From Minisyncoccota bacterium (lineage in GTDB: Bacteria > Patescibacteriota > Minisyncoccia > Phycocordibacterales > UBA9973): a stretch of DNA of 64,000 nt. Shown piece by piece: positions 54,515-64,000 of this stretch. The translations under genes and the position numbers were made by a program. The stretch is from NCBI GenBank assembly GCA_041663005.1, contig JBAZRK010000002.1:128740-192739 (forward strand), given 5' to 3'. The notes below the pieces were generated by a model. That model was not told the DNA's origin. It was given only the letters and a program-made list of their open reading frames with translations, and did not search any database. The number at the start of each line of letters is the position of its first letter. Position 1 is the first letter of the stretch.

Positions 54515-54946
54515 ATGGCAGGAAATAAAATAATGAAAATAAAGTTCAGCCCGGTAGATATTGAAGCTCGAAAGAAGCTTGATTTTAAGGCTGGGGACAC
54601 CGTCAACGTATCTTCCAAGATTCTGGACGAAAAAGGCAAATACCGTTTCCAGGCTTTCGAGGGCATTGTGCTCGCTCGGAAGCACGGAGCCGAAGCTGGT
54701 GCTACATTTACCGTGCGTAAAGTAGCCAGTGGCGTCGGTGTGGAAAGAATTTTCCCATTGTTCTCACCGATGATTGATAAAATTGAAATAACTAAGAGGT
54801 CTCGCGCTCGCAGATCCAAGCTCTACTATATCCGCACCAAAGCGGTTAAAGATGTTCGACGCAAGATGCGTTCAGTGGCCCACCAGGCCGACGTAGAAGA
54901 GGTGGCAGCTTCGGAAGAAGTTGTAGCCGAAAAAGCAGCAGAATAA
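54515..54946 (+). CDS. rplS: 50S ribosomal protein L19
   Basis: GDTV, QAFEGIV, FTVRK..GVGVERIFP, RRSKLYY. Confidence 0.97.
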   Translation: MAGNKIMKIKFSPVDIEARKKLDFKAGDTVNVSSKILDEKGKYRFQAFEGIVLARKHGAEAGATFTVRKVASGVGVERIFPLFSPMIDKIEITKRSRARRSKLYYIRTKAVKDVRRKMRSVAHQADVEEVAASEEVVAEKAAE

Positions 54947-54967
54947 TCTGCTATAATACCGTTGCAT

Positions 54968-55029
54968 TTTGCCCCCGATCGCCTGCTCGTAAACTCGCAT
55001 CGGCGATTCCGAAACGGATTGGGGGCAAA
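54968..55029. repeat. branched hairpin upstream of tRNA-Leu
   Basis: TTTGCCCCCGATC...GATTGGGGGCAAA with inner GAG-TAAA-CTC-type and CCG-AAA-CGG stems. Confidence 0.6.
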
Positions 55030-55046
55030 TCAAAGCAGTTTGATTT

Positions 55047-55133
55047 GCCCAGGTGGCGAAACTGGTAGACGTACTACCTTGAGGTGGTAGCGCCCGCAAG
55101 GGCATGGGAGTTCAAATCTCCCCCTGGGCACCA
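55047..55133 (+). tRNA. tRNA-Leu(GAG)
   Basis: GCCCAGG...CTACC-TTGAGGT-GGTAG, variable arm, CCTGGGC-A-CCA. Confidence 0.94.
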
Positions 55134-55146
55134 GAGATATTTAACT

Positions 55147-56241
55147 ATGTCCTCTTTCACACTCAAAAACCTGAAAGAACTTTTTGATAAATACGAATCT
55201 CATTTGTCCTCCGCGACCTTGGTGCTCGGATTTATTTTTGATTTTCTGACGCTCAAGCGGGTGGATTATATCTGGGACAACGTACTCATAATGCTATACC
55301 TAGTAGTTGCCGGGGCGAGTATCCTGATTATTAATCTTTATGAGTCTGGGAAATTTCGCAATAAATTTACTTCATCGGTCCACGAATTTTTGCCTTTTAC
55401 TTTGCAGTTTGCCTTCGGAGGTCTTTTCAGCGCCTTTACTATTTTTTATTCCAAGAGCTCGTCTTTCGTTTCGAGCGGGATGTTTGTAACGCTGCTGTTC
55501 TTGCTGATGGTGGGGAACGAATTTTTTAAAAAAAGATATCAAAAACTGGCTTTTCAGCTGGGAATATATTTTATGGCGATTTTCTCATTCTCAATCTACT
55601 TCTTGCCCGTACTCATAAAGCGAATGGGGGTCGATATTTTTATCTGGAGTGGGGGCTTAAGCCTCGTTTTCATTAGCTCCTTCGTCCTCTTGATTGCGTG
55701 GCTCGCACCACTTAGGTATAAAGAGAGTTACAAATATATTTTTCTGACTATCGGTGCTATCTGGGTCTCGGTGAACGCGTTATATTTTCTAAATATTATT
55801 CCGCCCATACCGCTATCTCTAAAAACCAGCAACGTTTACCACGGTATCACAAAGTTGCCTCAAGGCGGTTACCAAGTTACAGGGGAGCCGGAAAATTGGG
55901 TTGAAAAATTAAAAATAAACAAGAAAATTCACTTAGATAAGGGTGAAGGCGTTTATGTTTTCAGTTCGGTTTTTGCGCCTGCGGATTTAAATATAAAAAT
56001 TGTTCACAACTGGCAGTATTTCGACAGCTCCACGAGCGAGTGGGTTAGTGCTAGTCGTATAAGCTTCCCGATAGCTGGTGGCAGGGCGCAGGGTTATAGA
56101 GGATTTTCTAAAAAAGAAAATATTTTCCCAGGAGCATGGCGGGTGGACGTCGAAACCGAACGAGGTCAAGTAATCGGGCGAATCAGGTTCGACATTGAGA
56201 TAGGGGATTTCATTCCACAGTTCGAGACGAAAAATATCTAA
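55147..56241 (+). CDS. DUF2914-like membrane protein
   Basis: Multiple TM; C-terminal GGRAQGYRGFS.K...GAWRVDVET. Confidence 0.75.
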   Translation: MSSFTLKNLKELFDKYESHLSSATLVLGFIFDFLTLKRVDYIWDNVLIMLYLVVAGASILIINLYESGKFRNKFTSSVHEFLPFTLQFAFGGLFSAFTIFYSKSSSFVSSGMFVTLLFLLMVGNEFFKKRYQKLAFQLGIYFMAIFSFSIYFLPVLIKRMGVDIFIWSGGLSLVFISSFVLLIAWLAPLRYKESYKYIFLTIGAIWVSVNALYFLNIIPPIPLSLKTSNVYHGITKLPQGGYQVTGEPENWVEKLKINKKIHLDKGEGVYVFSSVFAPADLNIKIVHNWQYFDSSTSEWVSASRISFPIAGGRAQGYRGFSKKENIFPGAWRVDVETERGQVIGRIRFDIEIGDFIPQFETKNI

Positions 56242-56260
56242 AATAGTGTAAAATAGAGAA

Positions 56261-58876
56261 ATGAAAATAGAAAAACAGGCATGGTCCCTTTCAGCCGCTG
56301 AAATTTTCGATACTCTAGAAACATCCGAGCAAGGGATAAGCGAAAAAGAGGCCGCCCGTAGGCTTTCGGAGTATGGGAAAAATGTTTTTCACACCAAGGG
56401 TAAAACTAACCCTATGCTCCTGCTTCTTAAGCAGTTCTTAAGCCCGCTAATATTTCTCTTGCTAGGCTCGGTAACCCTTACCGCAATCCTTCACGAATGG
56501 TTAGATATGGGAGTGGTATTGTTCGCCCTAGTTTTAAACGCTGTACTTGGGTTTTTCCACGAGTACAATGCCGAAAATACGCTAGACAAGCTCAAGACGT
56601 ACATTAAGGACCGGGCTCGGGTCATCAGGGGTGGCGTAGAGCAAGAAATTGATTCGGAATTTTTAGCAATAGGGGATGTCATTAAGCTTTCTTATGGAGC
56701 CCGTGTTCCGGCAGATGCTCGGATAATTTCAGTTAATAACTTTCGGGTGGACGAAGCAATCCTTACTGGCGAAGCGCTGCCGGTGGAAAAGACAGAAGAA
56801 GTTATGCCAATAGGGGCACTGGTGGCCGACCGGGAGAATATTGCACACGCTGGGACTTTGGTTGTGCAAGGTTATGCGATAGCTGTTGTTTGTGCCGTTG
56901 GTGACGATACTGAAATAGGTAAAATCGCCGGTATAGTTTCCAAAACAAATAAAGTAAAAACCCCCCTCCAGAAAGGTGTGGATCGGTTGGCCTGGTTTAT
57001 CTTCTTTGTGGTGATGGTCATCGTGGTTGGAATTTTAATCCTAGGGATATTACGTGGAGAGTCGTTCATTGAAATGCTGCTACTTTCCTCTGCTGTAGCT
57101 GTAGGGGCAGTGCCGGAGTCCCTACCTATTGCGCTTACTGTAATTTTGGCTATTGGCTCACTTCGTATCGCCCAGAAAAGGGGTGTGGTCAGACAGCTTG
57201 CCGCTTCAGAGACATTGGGCTCTACTACGCTTATTATGACAGACAAGACAGGAACGCTCACCTTGGCTGATATGAAGCTTACAGGTATTTATGGAACGCA
57301 CGAGATATTGAAGTCAGACAGAGTCGAAAAAGAATCCGAGTTTTCCGCTGAGCAAAAATCTTTACTGGAGATGGCTCTATATAACGTGGACGTGTCCATC
57401 GAAAATCCGCACGAAGAAAAAGATAAATGGATTTTCAAAGGCCGGCCGTTCGAGGTAAACATTGTGAAGGCCTGTCGAACGCACGAGATACCACTTCAGT
57501 CCTTATCTTCTTCGATTTCGCACATTGTTTTACCGTTTAACTCCACAAATAAATTTTCTGTAGCGGAAAAAGACCAGACCTATATATTAATGGGGGCGCC
57601 GGACATTCTACTCAAGAAGTCCACCCTTTCGAAAGAAGAATTTTTAAAGATCGAGGATTGGATAGAAAAAGAAAGCCGACTCGGAAAGAGGTTAATTGGA
57701 ATAGGAAAAGTGGGTAAACAGCACAAGAAAAAAGAATTTTTAATTGAAGAGATCGAGAGCATTGAATTCCTGGGAATGTTTTCATTCGTTGATCCTATTC
57801 GCCCTAACGTGCCGGCCGCGATCAAAAATATTGAAGCTCACGGCATCAAAATGGTATTGGTGACCGGAGACTTGGTGGGGACCGCTTTGTCTGTGGCCAA
57901 AGACTTAGATTGGCAAGTGGAGGAAGATCAGGTACTGTCGGGGGGAGATGTGCGCGTCTTGTCAGACAAAGAACTCATTCAAATAATTCCTAAAATTAAA
58001 ATATTTGCTCGCGTTACTCCTGAAGATAAATTGCGGATCGGGCAACTCTACCAGGAATTAGGAGAAGTTGTGGCGATGACCGGGGATGGAGTGAATGACG
58101 CCCCAGCGCTAAAGGCTGCGGACATTGGGATTTCACTCGGGAGCGGAAGCGATGTAGCTAAAAGTGCCGCCGACTTGGTGCTTCTCGATGATAACTTTGA
58201 AACCATAAGCCTCGCCATTGACGAAGGCAGGAAAATTCTAGGGAATATTCGAAAGACCTTCGTGTACCTGATGTCGAACTCTCTTGATGAAGTATTCATC
58301 ATAGGCGGGAGTTTGATTTTTGCTTTGCCATTGCCCCTTACTGCGCTCCAGATTATATGGGTGAATCTTTTTACTGGTTCTTTGCCCGCGCTCGCCTTTG
58401 CCTTCGACGAGGACATTGACGGGGAGAGATTTGCCGGCAAAGAACTCACTTTGATTTTTTCCCGCGAAGTTAAAATTCTAACTTTCGGTATCGGAGTCTT
58501 GAGTTCATTACTACTTTTTATTCTTCACTTCGTGATGTATAAAATCGGAGTAGACCCTATGGTTTCCCGGGCCATCTTCTTTGTTTGTTTCTCTTCTTAC
58601 ATACTTTTTATTGCTTTCTCTTTTCGCAGTCTTCGCCAGCCACTCTTTAGTTATAAATTGTTTTCAAACAGCAAATTAAACCTTAGTATTTTCATTTGGA
58701 TTGCTCTCTTAGTCTTCACGATGACAGTGCCGTTTATGCGAAGTATCTTCCATCTACCGCCGTTGCCACTCTATGCATTGCCGTTTATTCTCTTTTGGAT
58801 TGTTTTAAACATTCTCTTGGTGGAAGGAGCGAAGTTTATTCTTCGCAAACATATCACCAAGCCAATTGGCATTTAA
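56261..58876 (+). CDS. cation-transporting P-type ATPase (P2 type)
   Basis: TGE, PESL, DKTGTLT, TGD, GDGVNDAPAL. Confidence 0.96.
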   Translation: MKIEKQAWSLSAAEIFDTLETSEQGISEKEAARRLSEYGKNVFHTKGKTNPMLLLLKQFLSPLIFLLLGSVTLTAILHEWLDMGVVLFALVLNAVLGFFHEYNAENTLDKLKTYIKDRARVIRGGVEQEIDSEFLAIGDVIKLSYGARVPADARIISVNNFRVDEAILTGEALPVEKTEEVMPIGALVADRENIAHAGTLVVQGYAIAVVCAVGDDTEIGKIAGIVSKTNKVKTPLQKGVDRLAWFIFFVVMVIVVGILILGILRGESFIEMLLLSSAVAVGAVPESLPIALTVILAIGSLRIAQKRGVVRQLAASETLGSTTLIMTDKTGTLTLADMKLTGIYGTHEILKSDRVEKESEFSAEQKSLLEMALYNVDVSIENPHEEKDKWIFKGRPFEVNIVKACRTHEIPLQSLSSSISHIVLPFNSTNKFSVAEKDQTYILMGAPDILLKKSTLSKEEFLKIEDWIEKESRLGKRLIGIGKVGKQHKKKEFLIEEIESIEFLGMFSFVDPIRPNVPAAIKNIEAHGIKMVLVTGDLVGTALSVAKDLDWQVEEDQVLSGGDVRVLSDKELIQIIPKIKIFARVTPEDKLRIGQLYQELGEVVAMTGDGVNDAPALKAADIGISLGSGSDVAKSAADLVLLDDNFETISLAIDEGRKILGNIRKTFVYLMSNSLDEVFIIGGSLIFALPLPLTALQIIWVNLFTGSLPALAFAFDEDIDGERFAGKELTLIFSREVKILTFGIGVLSSLLLFILHFVMYKIGVDPMVSRAIFFVCFSSYILFIAFSFRSLRQPLFSYKLFSNSKLNLSIFIWIALLVFTMTVPFMRSIFHLPPLPLYALPFILFWIVLNILLVEGAKFILRKHITKPIGI

Positions 58877-58904
58877 GTCTTTTTCTGTTAGATTTAAAAG
58901 GTAT

Positions 58905-58977
58905 GGTGCCCATGGTGTAATGGTTAACACAGAGGTTTGTGGAACCTCTAATTCGGGTTCAACTCCCGATGGGCACC
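58905..58977 (+). tRNA. tRNA-His(GTG)
   Basis: Encoded G-1, AGAGG-TTGTGGA-ACCTCT arm, C discriminator. Confidence 0.93.
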
Positions 58978-58980
58978 CAA

Positions 58981-60267
58981 ATGGTTTACGAAATTTTTAT
59001 AGTCTTAATACTCACTTTACTTAATGGTTTTTTCTCGATGAGCGAAATTGCTCTGGTGACCATTAGGAAAACTCGCGTTGGTGCTTTAGTTAAACAAGGA
59101 AACAAGCGCGCCAAGGTGGTCCAATATCTTCAGAAAAATCCCGAAGACCTTTTTGCCACTATTCAAATTGGTATTTCCGTAATCACCATAGCCGCGTCTG
59201 CTTTCGCGGGCGCAAGTCTTGCGGCTGACCTTGAGATGATACTAGAGAAATCTAATTTCAATTTTATTGTTTCTAATTCTTCAACAATAAGTTTTGGACT
59301 TGTGGTCGCTCTAGTGTCATATGTAAACATAACAATAGGAGAATTAATACCTAAGTCCATAGGGCTCAGGTACGCTGAGTCAGTAGCCCTACTGGCAGCT
59401 TATCCGGTGTGGGGACTCTCTAAACTTAGCAGGGGATTAATAAAAATATTAAATGTAAGTTCGAACCTTTTCTTGAAATTATTTAAGGACTCTACTACAT
59501 TTATGGAAAGCAGGTTGTCTGAGGAAGAGATACGGACGCTTATATCTGAAGGAACCAAAGCTGGAACGATAGAGCCTATGGAGCACAGTCTTATCGAAAA
59601 CGTGTTCAATATGTCTGACACAAGCGTTGATAAGATAATGGTGCCCCGCGCCAGCATTACAGCGCTAAATATTGCCGACTCCGGCGAGTTGATTGTCCAA
59701 AAGGCGGTTGAGTCCGGTTATTCGCGTATCCCCATTTATCAAGGGGATTTGAATAATACTATCGGCATACTCTATACCAAAAAACTTTTGCCGGAGCTTA
59801 GAAAAGAAAATCCCGACATCTCGCTGAAAGAATTTCTCGTTCCGCCGTATTTTGTACCGAGTACTATGAAAACGAGCGAGGTTTTAAAAAGAATGCAACG
59901 CAAAAAGGCACACGTAGCGCTCGTCACCAATGAGCACGGGGAAGTTGAAGGGCTAGTGGCCCTAGAAGATGTTCTTGAGGAAATCGTTGGCGATATCGAT
60001 GATGAAATCGACGAGACTGATGTAAAAATTAAAGAAGACAGCATGGGATTTACAGTTTTAGGCAATACATCCATCGTTGATTTCAATAAATATTTCCAAG
60101 CTGATTTGCCCGAGCACGAGAATTTCAATACTGTGGCTGGATTTATTTTAGAAAAATTGGAACGCTTTCCCAAGCCGGGAGATGTAGTAGAGTTCGGAAA
60201 AATTAAATTCACCGTAAAGGAAGCTACTTCGCGCACCATCACGAGCACAGTAATAGAAAAGTTATAA
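58981..60267 (+). CDS. hemolysin/CNNM (TlyC/CorC) family CBS transporter
   Basis: FFSMSEIAL, GELIPKS, IMVPR, YSRIP, EEIVGDI. Confidence 0.93.
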   Translation: MVYEIFIVLILTLLNGFFSMSEIALVTIRKTRVGALVKQGNKRAKVVQYLQKNPEDLFATIQIGISVITIAASAFAGASLAADLEMILEKSNFNFIVSNSSTISFGLVVALVSYVNITIGELIPKSIGLRYAESVALLAAYPVWGLSKLSRGLIKILNVSSNLFLKLFKDSTTFMESRLSEEEIRTLISEGTKAGTIEPMEHSLIENVFNMSDTSVDKIMVPRASITALNIADSGELIVQKAVESGYSRIPIYQGDLNNTIGILYTKKLLPELRKENPDISLKEFLVPPYFVPSTMKTSEVLKRMQRKKAHVALVTNEHGEVEGLVALEDVLEEIVGDIDDEIDETDVKIKEDSMGFTVLGNTSIVDFNKYFQADLPEHENFNTVAGFILEKLERFPKPGDVVEFGKIKFTVKEATSRTITSTVIEKL

Positions 60268-60294
60268 ATTCACTAATTGGGGCAGTTGGAGATT

Positions 60295-60681
60295 CTACTT
60301 GTCACCCAATTCCTTTTCAAGATTAGAGATTTTTTGCTCTACGCGGTCTAGCGTTGTCTTGATGTCATCGAGCTCTGTTTCTTCGGTTTCGAGTTCCGCC
60401 TTAGCTTTTTCGCTTATCTTTTCTTCGCCTTCGATGCCGGACATAATAATTTTACTTCCAATAAATTCCGAGACGAATACCCCGGTTATAAGTAAAATGA
60501 CGGAGCCGATAACCATTGAAGCTATGCTCCCCAAGTTAAGCTCGTCGGCGATATGCCAGACTCCTCGCCAGAAGAGAACTACACCAATACCTCCTAAAAC
60601 CGCATATAAAATAGGGTAATGGCTTAATTTCCCTCTTACTTTGTCCTCGAGTTTGTCGAAAAATTTTATTAGGCCTTTCAT
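60295..60681 (-). CDS. membrane hypothetical protein with C-terminal coiled coil
   Basis: FFDKLEDKVR...GVVLFWRGVW; start at MKGLIK. Confidence 0.75.
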   Translation of the reverse strand: MKGLIKFFDKLEDKVRGKLSHYPILYAVLGGIGVVLFWRGVWHIADELNLGSIASMVIGSVILLITGVFVSEFIGSKIIMSGIEGEEKISEKAKAELETEETELDDIKTTLDRVEQKISNLEKELGDK

Positions 60682-60733
60682 TGGTGTGCGTTTGTTTGTA
60701 TAATCATAATACATTAAAAAAATAACTATTTCC

Positions 60734-61294
60734 ATGGTTTGGAACAATTCTAATTTAATAGACGCACTGAAGCGAGGCAAGGTGGCGGTGATGCCCACCG
60801 ATACAATATACGGTATTGTCGGCAGGGCAGAAGACAAGGGTGTTGTCGAACGCATTTACCAAGCAAGGCAGCGCGCGCCGGAGAAGCCTTGCATAATCCT
60901 CATTGGAGACATCGCGGAGCTAGAAAAATTTTCCATTAAACTATCGAAAGAACAAAAAAGCAAACTAAAAGAATTTTGGCCTGGGCCAGTGAGCATAGTT
61001 CTAGATTGTCTGGATGATAAATTTTCATATCTCCATCGAGGTACTAAAGGGCTCGCTTTTCGGTTGCCGAAAGACGAAAATCTCAGGAATTTACTAACTC
61101 ACACAGGGCCACTAGTCGCCCCATCGGCTAATAGAGAGGGAGCCCCCCCAGCGCAAAATATTGCCGAAGCGAAAAATTATTTCGGCGACAAAGTAGAGAT
61201 GTATGCTGACGGGGGAACCATACAAGGGTCTCCATCGCGACTCATAAAATTTAATCCTCAAGGAGGAGTCGTTGTGTTGCGAGGACAGAGCTAG
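60734..61294 (+). CDS. tsaC: threonylcarbamoyl-AMP synthase
   Basis: PTDTIYG, WPGP, APSAN. Confidence 0.93.
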   Translation: MVWNNSNLIDALKRGKVAVMPTDTIYGIVGRAEDKGVVERIYQARQRAPEKPCIILIGDIAELEKFSIKLSKEQKSKLKEFWPGPVSIVLDCLDDKFSYLHRGTKGLAFRLPKDENLRNLLTHTGPLVAPSANREGAPPAQNIAEAKNYFGDKVEMYADGGTIQGSPSRLIKFNPQGGVVVLRGQS

Positions 61295-62487
61295 AGAGAC
61301 TCTACGAATTTCTTAATTCTTCCCATTCCCTCCACGATGTTTTCTTCGGTTGAAACGTAAGAAAAACGCACGAAGTCTTCCGCGAAATCTCCGAAGACCG
61401 GACCTGCCAATATCAGGACATTTGCTTCACGCATAATTCGCTCTGCTAGTTCGGCGGCGGTGATTCCCAATTTATCCAAGAGCCCCCGGACATTGACCAT
61501 AAGGTAGAAAGCTCCCTTCGGAGAGTGGCACTTCATTCCCGGGATTTCGTTTGCCAATTTGACTATCAAATCGCGTCTCTTTTTATATTCGGCGAGCATT
61601 TTATGAACGTCTTCTTGTGGTCCAGTGATAGCTTCAAGTGCGGCGTATTGTGAAATAGCGGAAGGGCAGGAAGTATCGTTGCAGGCGAATTTTTCTAAAG
61701 CCGCGGCCATCTCCTTGTTCTTGGTGACCCCCCAGCCAATGCGGTAGCCAGTCATGGCGTAAGTTTTCGAGCAGCCGTTCAATATTATAGTTCTCTCAGC
61801 CATTCCGGGGATGCTGGCGATTGAAAAATGTTTGCCGTCGTGAACCATTTCGCTGTAAATTTCGTCCGACAATACCCAGAGGTCATTTTCCTTCGCAATC
61901 TCGGCTATTTCTCTGATTGTTTTTTCACTGAAGACTCCGCCCGTAGGATTCTGGGGTGAGTTTAAAATTATGACTTTTGTTTTTTCAGTTACACTTTTTT
62001 TGAGTGTTTCTATGTCAGGGTTAAAGTCATTTTCTTCGGGGAGTGGAAGAGGAACAATTTTACCTCCTAGATATTCTGTGACCGAACCATAAATAGGAAA
62101 GGCCGGGTTGGGAATTATTACCTCATCACCCTCATCGATGAGCGCGTTTAGCATATAGAAAATCACCGGCTTGGCTCCCGACACTACTACTACATCTTCC
62201 GCCAAATACGAGATACCAACTTCGCGACTCATTTTCTCTGCGACCGCTTTTCTTAACTCTGGAATCCCTGGGGTAGGCGTGTAGTGGGTCTTGTTATTGT
62301 TCACAGCATTAATAGCTGCTTGGTTTATGTTTGCAGGGGTATCAAAGCCTGGTTCGCCAATCTGGAGGTATATCAAATTTTTACCTTGAGGCTTAAGCAC
62401 CTCTTCTTCGAATTTTTTCGCCTTACCTATAACAGAAAATGCGTTTTCTGTTCCCAAGCGCGGCAACCTAATAGAAAAGTTTTTCAT
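61291..62487 (-). CDS. class I PLP-dependent aminotransferase
   Basis: IGEP, SPQNPTG, SDEIY, SKTYAMTGYRIG; start at MKNFS. Confidence 0.93.
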   Translation of the reverse strand: MKNFSIRLPRLGTENAFSVIGKAKKFEEEVLKPQGKNLIYLQIGEPGFDTPANINQAAINAVNNNKTHYTPTPGIPELRKAVAEKMSREVGISYLAEDVVVVSGAKPVIFYMLNALIDEGDEVIIPNPAFPIYGSVTEYLGGKIVPLPLPEENDFNPDIETLKKSVTEKTKVIILNSPQNPTGGVFSEKTIREIAEIAKENDLWVLSDEIYSEMVHDGKHFSIASIPGMAERTIILNGCSKTYAMTGYRIGWGVTKNKEMAAALEKFACNDTSCPSAISQYAALEAITGPQEDVHKMLAEYKKRRDLIVKLANEIPGMKCHSPKGAFYLMVNVRGLLDKLGITAAELAERIMREANVLILAGPVFGDFAEDFVRFSYVSTEENIVEGMGRIKKFVESL

Positions 62488-62629
62488 TCCATTAATAATC
62501 TTATTAATTAATAATTGCCCGCTAAAGGAATCTAACGGGAGTCTTGCCTGTATTGTACTACAATTATCGAAACGTGCCACTCGACGTCAAAGCTTGTTTA
62601 TGCTCCGTGTTTATTGCTACAATTAAAGG

Positions 62630-64000
62630 GTGAAAAAAACCATTCTAGAGAAGATTTTTAGCGCACCGGTAGAAATCCTTGAAAAAGGAGTTGAAACTGG
62701 GATAAACATTGAGCACAAAATAGGAGAAGAAAAACAAGTTAAAGCTGTAAAAAACTTTTGGAAAAATTTGGGTCCTGGGCTCACTACTGGAGCGGCTGAT
62801 GATGACCCTTCGGGAATTGCCACTTATTCCCAAATAGGTGCGTCTCAGGGGTTTAGCCTTTTATGGCTCGCACCTTTTTCCCTGCCGATGATGGGAGTTG
62901 TGCAAGAAATGTGCGCTCGTATAGGTCTTGCTACTGGCGTGGGGTTAGCGGCGAACATCAAACGGCACTATTCTAAAAAGATTTTATATTTTTGTACAGC
63001 GCTTCTTTTATTTGCGAACGTTTTTAACATCGGCGCCGACCTGGGGGCAATGGCTAAAGGGGTTCAACTTATTGTGCCGTGGTTGCCATTTGCTGGACTT
63101 GTGCTCGGTTTTGCTATTGTGTCCTTGTTTCTCCAAATTTTCATTTCCTATAAGACATATGCAGAATATTTAAAATATCTAACCTTTGTTTTGTTTGGAT
63201 ACGTCATCACGGCATTTTTCGTAGAGATCGATTGGAGCACAGTAATGCTTCATACTTTTGTGCCAACTTTTTCTTTTTCGAAAGCTATTATAGTACTGAT
63301 TTGCGCCGCGCTTGGGACGACGATTTCTCCCTACTTATTCTTCTGGCAATCTTCACAGGAAGTAGAAGAGCAGGTATTGCATGGTGAAAAAACTGAAGAA
63401 GCCCGAAGGATGACAACATCCGAAGGCGACATTAAAAAAATGCGGATAGATGTATGGTCTGGAGCCTTTGTTTCTAACATTGTAATGTTTTTTATTGTGG
63501 CTGTTTGTGCGGCGACACTATATCAAGCGGGAATTACAAATATTGACTCTGCTTCTGATGCGGCTATTGCCCTTCGTCCTTTCGCGGGTAACTTCGCTTT
63601 TATGTTGTTTGCCATAGGAATTATTGGCACAGGACTTCTAGCTATTCCAGTCTTGGCGGGGTCTGCTTCTTATGCAATTTCTGAATCTTTTGGCTGGAAG
63701 ACGGGGCTATATCGTAAACTAAAACAAGCCACTTCTTTTTATGGGGTTATAATCGTAGCTGTGGTGTTGGGAATCTTCTTAAATTTTATAGGACTTGATC
63801 CAATCAAAACCCTTATTTATTCCGCGGTGCTGAATGGAATTATCTCTCCAGTTATGATATTTTTAATTATCCGACTTTCGAGCAATGGCGAGATAATGGG
63901 AAATTTTAAGAATAAAAAAATGGGGAAAACCTTTGGCTGGTTGACCTTTGTTTTGATTTCTGTCGTTAGTGTCGGGGCAGTGGTTTCAATGTTTATTTAA
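62630..64000 (+). CDS. Nramp-family divalent metal transporter
   Basis: GPGLTTGAADDDPSGIATYSQ, GTTISPYLFFWQ. Confidence 0.92.
   Translation: MKKTILEKIFSAPVEILEKGVETGINIEHKIGEEKQVKAVKNFWKNLGPGLTTGAADDDPSGIATYSQIGASQGFSLLWLAPFSLPMMGVVQEMCARIGLATGVGLAANIKRHYSKKILYFCTALLLFANVFNIGADLGAMAKGVQLIVPWLPFAGLVLGFAIVSLFLQIFISYKTYAEYLKYLTFVLFGYVITAFFVEIDWSTVMLHTFVPTFSFSKAIIVLICAALGTTISPYLFFWQSSQEVEEQVLHGEKTEEARRMTTSEGDIKKMRIDVWSGAFVSNIVMFFIVAVCAATLYQAGITNIDSASDAAIALRPFAGNFAFMLFAIGIIGTGLLAIPVLAGSASYAISESFGWKTGLYRKLKQATSFYGVIIVAVVLGIFLNFIGLDPIKTLIYSAVLNGIISPVMIFLIIRLSSNGEIMGNFKNKKMGKTFGWLTFVLISVVSVGAVVSMFI

Noticed and set aside
1-64000. CRISPR array, retron/DGR, prophage, integrase, rRNA, inteins
   Set aside because: No repeat-spacer array, reverse transcriptase, phage or integrase motifs, rRNA or intein signatures seen; the in-frame inserts are far too short for inteins

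Overview
Chromosomal window spanning the replication origin (rpmH-dnaA-oriC-dnaN) of a small-genome bacterium. Gene content, tRNA-Arg(GCG), a VirB4/pilin cluster, pilMNO, standalone LAGLIDADG-like ORFs and SD-less starts point to Patescibacteria/CPR, probably Parcubacteria (inference). It carries core genes (yidC, rnpA, tyrS, rpsT, rplS, tsaE, tsaC), a dense set of DNA repair genes (ruvABC, polA, uvrABC, udg, mutM, ruvX), seven tRNAs and two accessory islands (27.1-31.6 kb, low GC; 45.4-47.4 kb, GC-rich). The most striking unexplained signal is a set of short GC-rich palindromes of several sequence families inserted in frame inside coding sequences. Ten of the eleven internal insertions I found are in repair genes (ruvC, ruvB, polA, uvrB x2, uvrA x3, uvrC, mutM); the other is in tsaE. 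Related hairpins sit at repair-gene boundaries. Other candidates: a 6S-like ncRNA, a structured RNA with a small ORF facing a LAGLIDADG gene, a pilin-lytic transglycosylase fusion, an 18-bp palindrome bracketing the low-GC island, and tRNAs abutting start codons. All calls were made by eye; no database searches or folding programs were run.
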